This document shows, piece after piece, positions 18,596 to 27,503 of a stretch of DNA of 64,000 nucleotides. The first letter of the stretch is position 1. Each line of letters starts with the position of its first letter. The DNA comes from Acidobacteriota bacterium (GTDB lineage Bacteria > Acidobacteriota > Vicinamibacteria > Vicinamibacterales > SCN-69-37). The position numbers and the translations under genes are program-made. The stretch is from NCBI GenBank assembly GCA_013203475.1, contig JABMNV010000189.1:19217-83216 (forward strand), in the 5' to 3' direction. Below the pieces are notes generated by a model. The model made no database searches, was not told where the DNA came from, and saw nothing but the letters and a program-made list of their open reading frames with translations.

Positions 18596-19927
18596 CTACC
18601 ATCCACCGGCGCGGCGTTTCTCCTGAAACAGTCTGGCCGCAGCCACCGGGTCGAGCGCGACACCGGCCAACTGTGCGGCATGCGACATGACAGGGTCGCG
18701 ACCCGCTGCGAGGTCTTCGCCCGTGGGCAGTAGCACGGTGTCTGGCGTCACGCCGATACCTTCCAGGCTCACACCGTCTCGCATGAGCAGGTCTGCGCTC
18801 GTCACAGAGGCGCCGTAGGTGATGATCACCTCCGTGCCCTGAAAGAACGGAAAGAAACGCGCCTCTCTGACGGCTCCGGCGGACCGGTCACCGAGCACCT
18901 CTCCTCGTCCCTCCAGTTGCACGACTCGCGCAAACAGTTCCGCCGATGATCCCGACGCGCTGTCGATCAGGACGATGAGCCGACCGGTGAAGGCGCGGTC
19001 GCCGCGCGTGGGTGCCGACAGGCGACTGCGACCTTTCCGCGTCAGGCGGGTGCCAATCATCTGGTTCTCGCCAAACACGCTGCCCACCAGCCGTTTGAGC
19101 GTCTCGACATAGCCGCCAGGGTTGCCTCGCAAATCGAGAATCAGGGTCTTGTGTTCTCTGGCCATCGAAATGGTGCTGTCGATATCTGATGGCTCCACCA
19201 TGAACGATGGCATCCTCCAGATCAGGATGTCGCCCATTTCGACTGAACGCTGCCGGTTCTCGTACTCGGCCGACTCCATGTCCCGGACGAGATCGTTGAG
19301 GAGTATTGAGGTGCCAGAGCCCCCCAACTCCATGAGCGCACGTCCGTTCGTGACCGTCGATTCCACGACTTCTTCGCGCTCCTGACCATTGGGTGCGCGG
19401 ACCGCGACCGTTGTCGTGATCTGGGGCGACAGGAGGTGCAGGATGTACTGCATCCGGACGAAACTCTCGCGGTTGATCTGATTGCCATTGAGGCCGAGGA
19501 TGCGATCGCCGGGTTGGAGTTTGGACGCGGCATCCGAACCCGGTCTGACCTTCAAGACGTAAGGGGCGTCACCGACGATACCTACGCTGTAGCCGTAGTC
19601 CACGCGCTTTGACCACGAGGGCGGCTGAAAGTAGGTGTGTGAGTCTTTCAGGCCGTCGACGAATCCGGCGACCACCCCGACGCCTGCGCCAAGCGATGGG
19701 GCCGCGTCCACTTTGTCGCGATATTCCTGATACCGGGCGTCCCAATCAAGCCCCTGCAGCGTCGGGTCGTAGTAGTTCTTCTTGATTGCCTCGTAGGTGT
19801 CTTTCAGCATGCCTTTGACACGGCCAGCATCGTTCGAGCTGATGCCCTGCGCCGACAGGATCGCGAGCGGCCACGCTGCACAAACGAGCAGGGCCGACAG
19901 GGACAGCTTCGTCAGGGACAGCTTCAT
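18596..19927 (-). CDS. Secreted S41-family (C-terminal processing/tail-specific) peptidase with a PDZ domain
   Basis: Signal peptide MKLSLTKLSLSALLVCAAWPLAILSA. PDZ-like region LQPGDRILGLNGNQI. S41 core LILDLRGNPGGY and LIDSASGSSAELFA. Confidence 0.85.
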   Translation of the reverse strand: MKLSLTKLSLSALLVCAAWPLAILSAQGISSNDAGRVKGMLKDTYEAIKKNYYDPTLQGLDWDARYQEYRDKVDAAPSLGAGVGVVAGFVDGLKDSHTYFQPPSWSKRVDYGYSVGIVGDAPYVLKVRPGSDAASKLQPGDRILGLNGNQINRESFVRMQYILHLLSPQITTTVAVRAPNGQEREEVVESTVTNGRALMELGGSGTSILLNDLVRDMESAEYENRQRSVEMGDILIWRMPSFMVEPSDIDSTISMAREHKTLILDLRGNPGGYVETLKRLVGSVFGENQMIGTRLTRKGRSRLSAPTRGDRAFTGRLIVLIDSASGSSAELFARVVQLEGRGEVLGDRSAGAVREARFFPFFQGTEVIITYGASVTSADLLMRDGVSLEGIGVTPDTVLLPTGEDLAAGRDPVMSHAAQLAGVALDPVAAARLFQEKRRAGGW

Positions 19928-19985
19928 GATGTATTGACATCATTGTAGGGGACCGAGACCCTGCGCGTCTGATAGCCTTCGCTGC

Positions 19986-21077
19986 ATGCGAATCCGAATC
20001 CCCGGCCTGGTTGGTGTGCTTCTGGTTATCGGCGTTCTCACCGGCGTGCCAACCGCTCAGGCACCAGTTCTGTCGCAGAACGTGGTCGTCATCACGATCG
20101 ACGGGTATCGGTGGCAGGAGATGTTTTCTGGTGCAGCCCTGGAATATTTCAAGCGAGACTCCAACGATCGGCCTGGCGCAATGGAACAGCGGTTCTGGCG
20201 GTCAAGCCCCCATGAGCGACGGGCGGTCCTGACGCCATTCCTGTGGAACGACGTGGCCACCACGGGTCAGATTTTTGGCGACCCCGGTGCTGGCAGTCGT
20301 GCCCACGTGACGAACGGACTGTGGTTTTCGTATCCCGGCTACAACGAGATGTTCGCCGGTGTGGCTGATTCGCGTATCGACAGCAACCGCAAGCTGCCCA
20401 ATCCCAACATCACGGTCCTTGAGTGGCTCAATTCCCGTCCAGGACTGAAGGGCAAAGTCGCCGCGTTTGGTGCGTGGGATGTGCTGCCGTTCATTCTGAA
20501 CACTGAGCGCAGTGGCATTCCTGTCGGGACGGGCTTCAAGCCGGTGCCCGCGCCTTCGACTGATCGCGAGCGGGCGATCAACGAGTTGGCGACTGACCTG
20601 CCGCCGTACTGGGGCTACGGCACTCTTGATGCGCCCATGGTCTACGCGTCGATTGAAGCGCTTCGGACGAGCCAGCCCCGAGTGCTCTACCTCATGCTTG
20701 GCGAAGGTGACGAGTGGGCGCACGAGAACAAGTACGATTTCTACCTCGAGTCGGCGCATCGATCTGACCAGTTCATCAGGCGGATCTGGGACACCCTGCA
20801 ATCGCTGCCCGCCTATGCCGGCAAGACAACCTTGCTGGTGACAACCGATCATGGTCGTGGCGCGACGGTGAAAGACTGGTCCGACCACGGGCGCGACGTG
20901 CCGGCCGCGGAGAACACCTGGTTTGCGGCCATCGGGCCGTCTGTGCCCGCGCTGGGCGTGCGACGCGATGTGACAGTGACGACCGCTCAGTTGGCCGCCA
21001 CGATTGCCGCCGTGATCGGCGAAGACTTCTCGGCCGTCGCGCCCAAGGCCGCGCCGCCTCTGCCGTTGCGCCGCTAG
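19986..21077 (+). CDS. Secreted alkaline-phosphatase-superfamily metalloenzyme
   Basis: Signal peptide, N-terminal VVVITIDGYRWQEMF (metal/nucleophile region) and C-terminal LLVTTDHGRG, both typical of the AP/sulfatase superfamily. Substrate is unknown. Confidence 0.65.
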   Translation: MRIRIPGLVGVLLVIGVLTGVPTAQAPVLSQNVVVITIDGYRWQEMFSGAALEYFKRDSNDRPGAMEQRFWRSSPHERRAVLTPFLWNDVATTGQIFGDPGAGSRAHVTNGLWFSYPGYNEMFAGVADSRIDSNRKLPNPNITVLEWLNSRPGLKGKVAAFGAWDVLPFILNTERSGIPVGTGFKPVPAPSTDRERAINELATDLPPYWGYGTLDAPMVYASIEALRTSQPRVLYLMLGEGDEWAHENKYDFYLESAHRSDQFIRRIWDTLQSLPAYAGKTTLLVTTDHGRGATVKDWSDHGRDVPAAENTWFAAIGPSVPALGVRRDVTVTTAQLAATIAAVIGEDFSAVAPKAAPPLPLRR

Positions 21078-21875
21078 ATGGGGCTTGACCTACAATCACC
21101 GATGATGACTCCTCGCTCTCACGGACGCCTATCGGACAAAATCGCCGTTGTCACCGGAGGCTCCCGTGGAATCGGTCGCGCGATCGTCGACAAATTCGCC
21201 GCAGAAGGTGCCACGGTCGTGAACCTGGACCTTGGCGAACCTGCGCCTGATCTTCCTGCGCTCGCTCTCTCCACGTTCATCCGAACCGACGTCACGAAGG
21301 AAGTCGAGGTGCAGTCGGCGATGGCGGCTGTCGTCGAGGCGCATGGCCGCATCGACATTTTGGTGAACAACGCAGGCGTCAACGCGTACTTCGACGCAGT
21401 CACCATGACTGAGGCGCAGTGGGACAGTGTGTTTGCCGTCGACCTCAAAGGCGCGTGGCTGTGCGCCAAACATGTGTTGCCCAACATGAAGGAACGCCGC
21501 GCGGGTTCGATCGTGAACATTGCGTCCATTCACGCGTCATTGACGATGGCCGGGATGTTTCCGTATGCGGCCGCCAAGTCTGGACTGGTGGGACTGACGC
21601 GCAGCCTGGCGCTCGACTATGCCCCTTTGGGTATTCGTGTGAATGCGGTGTCACCCGGTTGGACGCGGACCCATCTGGTTGAGGAGTGGTTCAGCCTGCA
21701 GCCCGATCCGGCGGCCGCTGAATCCAGCATCATGACTGCCCATCCGATGGGCCGAATCGCGACGCCGGACGAAGTGGCGAACCTCGTCGCATTTGTCGCT
21801 TCCGACGAAGCGTCGGCCATGACCGGCGCGTCTCTGGCTGCCGATTGCGGTCTCGGCATCCAGTTCGCAACGTAA
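21078..21875 (+). CDS. Short-chain dehydrogenase/reductase (SDR)
   Basis: TGGSRGIGRAI (cofactor-binding), NNAG, and YAAAK (catalytic YxxxK). Alternative start at 21102. Confidence 0.85.
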   Translation: MGLDLQSPMMTPRSHGRLSDKIAVVTGGSRGIGRAIVDKFAAEGATVVNLDLGEPAPDLPALALSTFIRTDVTKEVEVQSAMAAVVEAHGRIDILVNNAGVNAYFDAVTMTEAQWDSVFAVDLKGAWLCAKHVLPNMKERRAGSIVNIASIHASLTMAGMFPYAAAKSGLVGLTRSLALDYAPLGIRVNAVSPGWTRTHLVEEWFSLQPDPAAAESSIMTAHPMGRIATPDEVANLVAFVASDEASAMTGASLAADCGLGIQFAT

Positions 21876-21896
21876 ACCCTGATACGGTGATCCCCT

Positions 21897-22808
21897 ATGT
21901 CGAACGCGGAATCTATCCTGACAAAACAATCGCTTCCCACTCGTGACGCCCACGACCACCCATCGTCGACCAAACGGTTTGACGACGGTGGCCAATATCG
22001 CGTTGAGATTCCGTCATGTGAAGGGCCGGCTGCGATGCAGGCCGTGATCAGCGAGGCGGCTGTTCGGCAGGTGCCCGTGCATCGCGTGAGCCAGGGCAGC
22101 GGCATCATGCTGCAGACGGACCACGAAATCAGTGAGATGTTGGCGCTCGGTCGGGAACACGGTATCGAGGTCTGTCTGTTCGTCGGCCCTCGAGCCAGTT
22201 GGGATACGGGCGCGCAAGCCGTGTCGAGCGCTGGTCGTGTACTGGGCGCCTCGCTTCGTGGCGCTGATCAACTCGGCTACGGCATTGATGATGTCTTGCA
22301 TGGTGTGAAATTGGGGCTCAAGTCGATCCTGGTTGGCGATCTTGGTCACCTCAAAGTGCTCGGCGACATGAAACGGGCCGGCGACTTGCCGAAGGAATTC
22401 GTCCTGAAAACCTCCGTCACAATCGCGGCGGCCAATCCCGCCTCGGCCCGGGTGCTCGAGGATCTTGGCGCGACGTCGATCAACTTGCCGGTTGACCTGT
22501 CGATCGCCCAGATCGCGGCGATTCGGCAGGCCATTGATACGCCCATCGATTTCTACGTCGAAAGCCCCGATGACTTTGGCGGCGGTGTGCGGCACTACGA
22601 GGCCCCGGCGCTGGTTCGCGTGGCCGCACCCATCTATTTGAAATACGGCATTCGGAATTCGCCGGGTTTGTATCCCAGCGGTATGCATATCGAGGGGATG
22701 GTTGTGAATTTGTCCAAAGAACGCGTCAGGCGCGCCGCGATCAGCCTGGCGCTGCTCAAGCGATACATGCCCGACGCCGTCGCCTCACCCTATGGAGTAC
22801 GCAGCTAG
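21897..22808 (+). CDS. Uncharacterised conserved-looking protein (303 aa) embedded in the SDR/ALDH operon
   Basis: Clean ORF with good codon bias, 21 nt after the SDR stop. Its TAG shares a G with the GTG start of the ALDH gene (TAGTG, 22806-22810). An alternating beta/alpha pattern suggests a TIM-barrel-like fold. No family motif recognised. Confidence 0.6.
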   Translation: MSNAESILTKQSLPTRDAHDHPSSTKRFDDGGQYRVEIPSCEGPAAMQAVISEAAVRQVPVHRVSQGSGIMLQTDHEISEMLALGREHGIEVCLFVGPRASWDTGAQAVSSAGRVLGASLRGADQLGYGIDDVLHGVKLGLKSILVGDLGHLKVLGDMKRAGDLPKEFVLKTSVTIAAANPASARVLEDLGATSINLPVDLSIAQIAAIRQAIDTPIDFYVESPDDFGGGVRHYEAPALVRVAAPIYLKYGIRNSPGLYPSGMHIEGMVVNLSKERVRRAAISLALLKRYMPDAVASPYGVRS

Positions 22809-24271
22809 TGATTCATTCAATTAATCCGCGGACCGGAGACCAACGTCAGCCTGTTCAGGAATCGTCGCCCCTGGACGTTCACGCCGCAGTCGAACGCGCA
22901 GAGGCAGCCGCGCGGGGCTATGCCCAGTTGCCGTTAGCCACACGTGCGGCGTTTCTCAGAGCCGCGGCCGACGCCCTCGAGGCGAATCGTGTCGCCATCG
23001 TCGAGACCGCCGACTTCGAGACAGGCCTTGGGCCTGCTCGGTTCAATAGCGAATTAGGCCGAACGACGGGCCAGCTTCGGGCGTTTGCCGACGTGGTGGA
23101 AAAGGGGAGTTTTCAGGGTGTCATCCACACGCCCGCGGATCCGGCTGCCACGCCTCCGTGTCCAGACCTCCGGCGTCTGCTCATTCCCATTGGGCCCGTC
23201 GGCGTCTTTACGCCCAGCAACTTTCCACTCGCGTTCGGCGTGGCCGGTGGCGATACGGCGTCGGCGCTGGCCGCAGGATGCACGGTCGTCGTGAAGGGCC
23301 ATCCGTCTCACCCCAATTCGTCGGCCCTGACCGCGCAGGCGTTTGTTGCCGCTGCCACACAGGTGGGAGCGCCCGATGACACGTTGACGCTGGTGCAGGG
23401 ACGTGCGCCCGAAGTGTCTCAGGCTCTGGTGAATGCCCCGGGCATCCGTGCGATTGCGTTCACCGGATCTGAGAGGGTTGGACGACTGCTGTACGACCTG
23501 GCCGCCGCGCGCGCAGAGCCAGTGCCGTTTTACGGCGAGCTGGGTAGTCTCAATCCGGTGTTCGTTGGAGCTGCGGCCGCGTCGGCGCGAGGTGCTGACA
23601 TTGCCAAGGGACTTGTCGCATCAATGACGTTGGGTTCGGGCCAGTTCTGTACAAAGCCCGGCGTCGTGTTTGTGCCGACCGGTCCGACAGGCGACGCGGT
23701 GGTGGCGTCGATGGTCGCCGCCGTCGCGACGCTTGAGCCTGCCGTCCTGCTCAACGAAGGCCTGCAGACCTCGCTCAACTCAAAGATCGCCGCCAGTCGC
23801 GGCGTCAGCGGTGTGAGCGAGTCGGTGGCCACAGTCCAGGTGCCGGACGCAGGATGCTTTGCTGCGCCACGGATGTTTGTTGTGGACGTGCGAACCTTCT
23901 TCGCGAGCCCGGCCCTTCGCGAAGAACACTTCGGTCCGGTCTCAATCGTCGTCCGATGCCATGCCGACGAAATGGCCGTCGCGGCGACCAACTTTGATGG
24001 CCAGTTGACCGCCACCATTCATGCCGACGCCGGCGATCTTGAGTGGGCGACCAAACTGCTTCCGGTGCTGGTGGACAAGGCCGGACGGATTGTCTGGAAC
24101 GGATATCCGACTGGCGTCTCGGTCGTGCCGGCCATGCACCATGGCGGTCCGTATCCGGCCAGCACCAACTCGTTGCACACGTCGGTGGGGACGACGGCCA
24201 TTCGGCGGTTCTTGCGGCCGGTCACGTTTCAGGACGTTCCGGAGGCGCTGCTGCCGTCCGCGCTCACCTAG
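22808..24271 (+). CDS. NAD(P)+-dependent aldehyde dehydrogenase, alpha-ketoglutaric semialdehyde dehydrogenase-like
   Basis: 487 aa. Catalytic Glu in YGELGSLNP and Cys in GSGQFCTKPG, with the KGHPSHP motif. Length and N-terminus are typical of the KGSADH subgroup. Confidence 0.85.
   Translation: MIHSINPRTGDQRQPVQESSPLDVHAAVERAEAAARGYAQLPLATRAAFLRAAADALEANRVAIVETADFETGLGPARFNSELGRTTGQLRAFADVVEKGSFQGVIHTPADPAATPPCPDLRRLLIPIGPVGVFTPSNFPLAFGVAGGDTASALAAGCTVVVKGHPSHPNSSALTAQAFVAAATQVGAPDDTLTLVQGRAPEVSQALVNAPGIRAIAFTGSERVGRLLYDLAAARAEPVPFYGELGSLNPVFVGAAAASARGADIAKGLVASMTLGSGQFCTKPGVVFVPTGPTGDAVVASMVAAVATLEPAVLLNEGLQTSLNSKIAASRGVSGVSESVATVQVPDAGCFAAPRMFVVDVRTFFASPALREEHFGPVSIVVRCHADEMAVAATNFDGQLTATIHADAGDLEWATKLLPVLVDKAGRIVWNGYPTGVSVVPAMHHGGPYPASTNSLHTSVGTTAIRRFLRPVTFQDVPEALLPSALT
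23325..23376 (+). repeat. Source copy of a 52-nt perfect direct repeat (inside the ALDH gene)
   Basis: ccctgaccgcgcaggcgtttgttgccgctgccacacaggtgggagcgcccga is identical to 25389-25440. It encodes LTAQAFVAAATQVGAP in both places. Confidence 0.95.
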
Positions 24272-24275
24272 ACAG

Positions 24276-26316
24276 ATGGCCCGCACAAGAACTGCTTGGG
24301 TGTGGTTCGCGCCGCTGATGCTCGTGCCGGGGCTCGCTGCGCAGCAGGACGCCGGTCCAGGGACCGGAGTGATTCTGGGCAAGGTCATTAATGCGGAGAC
24401 CAAGTCGCCGCTGTCTGGGGTCTTGGTTGAGGTTGGGCCAGGGCGACGCCTCCGCGCCCTGACCGACAGCGAGGGACGCTATGTGTTCCGCCTGCTGCCA
24501 CCGGGTACCTAGTCGATTGCCGCCTCAACGGGCGGGAACGGCTTTGAGCCGTCCGGGTTTCTGCCGGCCAGCGCCGCGCCAACGGTCCGCTCCAGGATCT
24601 GACACTTCCCGCCGGTGGCGTCGTCGCCGATGCTGTGATTTCGCTCTGGAAGGGCGCCACGTTCGATGGAACGGTCTTCGACGAACGCAATGAACCGGTC
24701 GTCGGCATGGTTGTGTCCGCCGTACGACGGACGAGTGATGGCGTGTTGACCAGCGGTCCGACGACGCGCACGGATGATCGCGGTGCGTTCCACATCAGTG
24801 CGTTGTCGCCTGGTGCGTCTGTCGTGGTCGTGCCTCAAACCCAGGTGCTGCTCCCGGCCTCCACCGCGATCAGCCCCACATCCGATCCGCTGTTGAGCCG
24901 ACAGCTCGCAGCTGCAGGGGCGCCACCGCCCAGCCAGTCGGGCGTGGTCTTCGGGGGAGTGGTGTCGTCATCGACTGCCCCGGTGGCGGGCAATGCCCTG
25001 CAGGCAGCCAGTCAGAGTCGACATGTCTACCAATCGACATTTCATCCTGCCGCCACCACTCTTGAGAAGGCCAGGGTCGTCATGGTGACGAGCGGCGAGG
25101 CTGTGACCGGTGTCGATGTTCAGTTGGCGCCGGTCTCAGCGGTATCGGTCAGCGGAACGTTGCTGGACGTCGGCATGCCGGTCGCGAACTTCGGTGTGCG
25201 ACTGCTGCCGGCTGATACCAAGGACGGGTCAGAGGTGCTGGAGGTCTCGTGGACCGCGACCGATGTCTTGGGCAAATTCACCTTCCCGCTTGTGCCTGAG
25301 GGGCAGTATCGACTCTCTGCGCAACGACGGACGCGGGTGCCGTCGGCCGTGGCACCAAACGGCGCGGTGACGTATGCCGACCCGCCGTCCCTGACCGCGC
25401 AGGCGTTTGTTGCCGCTGCCACACAGGTGGGAGCGCCCGAAGTCGGTTCGACGATCAATCCCAAGGCCCCGGAGGTCAACCACTGACGAACGTTATGATT
25501 TCGGTGGTGAATACCCGCACGCGAAGCACGTGGACCAGCCCCGGCATGGTGCGCCCTGACGCCAATGGACACTTCAGCCTGTCGTCGTTTCCCGAAGGCG
25601 AGTACGCCTTCATTGGTCGCGGCACCGACAGCACCACTCCGGGCACGCGCGACATGCCCCTGTACGCTGAAGCACGGTTCATCATGGCTGGCGACGACCT
25701 GTCCGGCATCATCATTCAGTTCGAACAAGGTGTCTCGGTCGGAGGTCAGGTCGTCGTCGCCGAGGGCGACCCCGTTCCCAACGGCATGCAACTGCGCTTG
25801 ATGCCCGTCGGCAGCATTCCTGGATCGGCCGCCCCACCTGCCTCTCAGAGTGTACGCGATGATGGATCCTTCGAGTTCACGGGCGTGGCACCTGGGCGTT
25901 ATCGCCTGACGGCGATCGGGACCACCAATCTCACGCTCCGTTCAGCGCTCATCGGTGACACCGACACGCTTGATGACGCCTCCGAGGTGATTCCGCGCGG
26001 CGACGTGACCGGCATGCGCGTGGTGCTCACCTCGCGTCCGACGCAGATTGCGGGCACGTTGTTCGATGGCCTGGGCCGACCGGCGCCCGAGTACGCCGTG
26101 GTCGTCTTTTCGACCGACCGGGCACATTGGGCCAACGCTCCCCGGCGTATGACCGGCCTGGTGAAGTTGGACTCGCGTGGGCAATACCGCATCACAGGGC
26201 TGCCCGCGGGCACGTACTACTTGGCCGCCGTCACCGACGCAGAGCCGGCGGAGTTGTCCGATCCGCTGTTCCTTGAGCAACTGGCCACCGCCGCCGAGGT
26301 CAGTGACAGTCAGTAG
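24276..26316 (+). pseudogene. Carboxypeptidase-regulatory-like (CarboxypepD_reg) multi-domain secreted protein, with multiple lesions
   Basis: Signal peptide plus VILGKVINAETKSPLSGVLVEV...TDSEGRYVFRLLPPGT. Lesions in order: in-frame TAG (24510-12), frameshift (~24550-24566), ORF 24635..25486, a 52/59-nt ectopic insert, then ORF 25495..26316 with further GxYxL domains. Confidence 0.75.
25389..25440 (+). repeat. Ectopic copy of the 52-nt ALDH gene segment, inserted in the CarboxypepD_reg pseudogene
   Basis: Perfect identity to 23325-23376. The 7 nt to the left are 4/7 identical. Confidence 0.95.
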
Positions 26317-26360
26317 ATCACGACCTACCAGATGTGGATGCGTGCCGTGGGCGACGCCGC

Positions 26361-26441
26361 ATGACCGAGCGCGCCGCGCAACTGGTCGAGTCTGTGTTTC
26401 CTGATGTGCCTGTCCATGGCGAATTGGTAAAACATCAATGA
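26361..26441 (+). mobile_element. IS91-family transposase internal fragment
   Basis: MTERAAQLVESVFPDVPV matches the conserved (E)RAAHLVDxVxPxVPVRQWV block of IS91 transposases. Similarity ends after PV. Confidence 0.5.
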
Positions 26442-26499
26442 ATCGCTCTGATGTTCTCGTCGGCTGAGCCGGTCGTTTGTGAGACAGCAACGGTCGCGG

Positions 26500-26646
26500 G
26501 CTCGACCGTTTGCGCGACCGATTCAGGATCAGCAACTGGTGCTTGACCAAGAGAGATTCGGCCATCACTGAACGCAGACCGTCGGGCCCCAGAAGCCGCG
26601 CCAGCGTCGACAACATGTGAACCAGCAGAATCGTCAAGTCGCGCAT
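26500..26646 (-). mobile_element. Transposase/integrase N-terminal fragment (family uncertain, IS481/IS3-like)
   Basis: MRDLTILLVHMLSTLARLLGPDGLRSVMAESLLVKHQLLILNRSRKR is a recurrent N-terminal leader of integrase-core transposases. The catalytic domain is absent. Confidence 0.5.
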
Positions 26647-26795
26647 GGGGCAAGTCTAGCGATCAGGTCCAGGACCACGACACTTGAAATATCATCGAAT
26701 TACGCGGCAGATAGTAATTCGCCACCCACAGGCGTCCGTGTACTACGGCGCGGCCGTGTTTCTCCGCGACATGGACCTGAATCGTGAAGTCGCAC

Positions 26796-27086
26796 TCAGG
26801 TGAGATACCGCTCAATCTCGAGCGCGCCGTGCAACACCCCGAGCACATCGATGTCGCGACTTGGCCTGATGAGATATGCGATGCGGTAATGACCGTAGAG
26901 CAGAATCCGAATATCACGATCGTCTCGGTAGCGATGACCGACCTCCGGGAAGGTCAACAGGATCTGGGCTCGCTGGTGAATGGCAGTCACGATCCGGTGG
27001 GCGGCGTCCGCATTGTTGGTTGCGATGTACTCGTGAATATCCTTCAACCAGCGCTGGGCTTCAGCCGTCCAGACTATTTCCGCCAC
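26796..27086 (-). CDS. parE: ParE/RelE-family toxin
   Basis: MAEIVWTAEAQRWLKDIHEYIATNNADAAHRIVTAIHQRAQILLTFPEVGHRYRDDRDIRILLYGHYRIAYLI...IDVLGVLHGALEIERYL. Confidence 0.85.
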   Translation of the reverse strand: MAEIVWTAEAQRWLKDIHEYIATNNADAAHRIVTAIHQRAQILLTFPEVGHRYRDDRDIRILLYGHYRIAYLIRPSRDIDVLGVLHGALEIERYLT

Positions 27087-27271
27087 GACTCGATGGTCCG
27101 CTTCATCGTGTCGTGCGACACCGTCCGACCGGCGTCGGCGTCCGCGAGCCCGCGGTCGACCATTCGGGCGAAGGCCAGTTCGCGAAGCAATTCATCGTAC
27201 GAACTGTCATCGGGTTGTTTGTCGATCAGTTCGATCATCTGGGCTTTCGGGGTGGCTACCTGTCCGCTCAT
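27074..27271 (-). CDS. Cognate antitoxin (65 aa)
   Basis: ATG at 27271 (MSGQVATPKAQMIELIDKQPDDSSYDELLRELAFARMVDRGLADADAGRTVSHDTMKRTIESWRK). Overlaps the parE start by 13 nt. Confidence 0.65.
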   Translation of the reverse strand: MSGQVATPKAQMIELIDKQPDDSSYDELLRELAFARMVDRGLADADAGRTVSHDTMKRTIESWRK

Positions 27272-27351
27272 GCCGACATTGTAGCCCGCACCACGACTCA
27301 GCGCAGGCCCCCCAAGGGTCGAAGAAAGGCACCGAATTCCAAGGCTGTACC

Positions 27352-27480
27352 GGTGCTCCCCCGCGATCTGCAACCCGCGAATATCAAGGTCCGAGCCGAT
27401 GGCACCGTCGACAAGCGCAGCGACTTGTGGGCATTCGCCGTCGTGCTGCTCGAGATGCTGACGGGCCGTCGCGTCGTCGA
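27352..27480 (+). pseudogene. Ser/Thr protein kinase remnant (catalytic loop to helix F, internally deleted)
   Basis: VLPRDLQPANIKVRADGTV (HRDLKPxN-type loop) is joined directly to SDLWAFAVVLLEMLTGRR. The DFG...APE segment is missing, with no N- or C-terminal parts. Confidence 0.5.
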
Positions 27481-27503
27481 CGTGCCCGTCGGTCAACCGC
27501 CCG

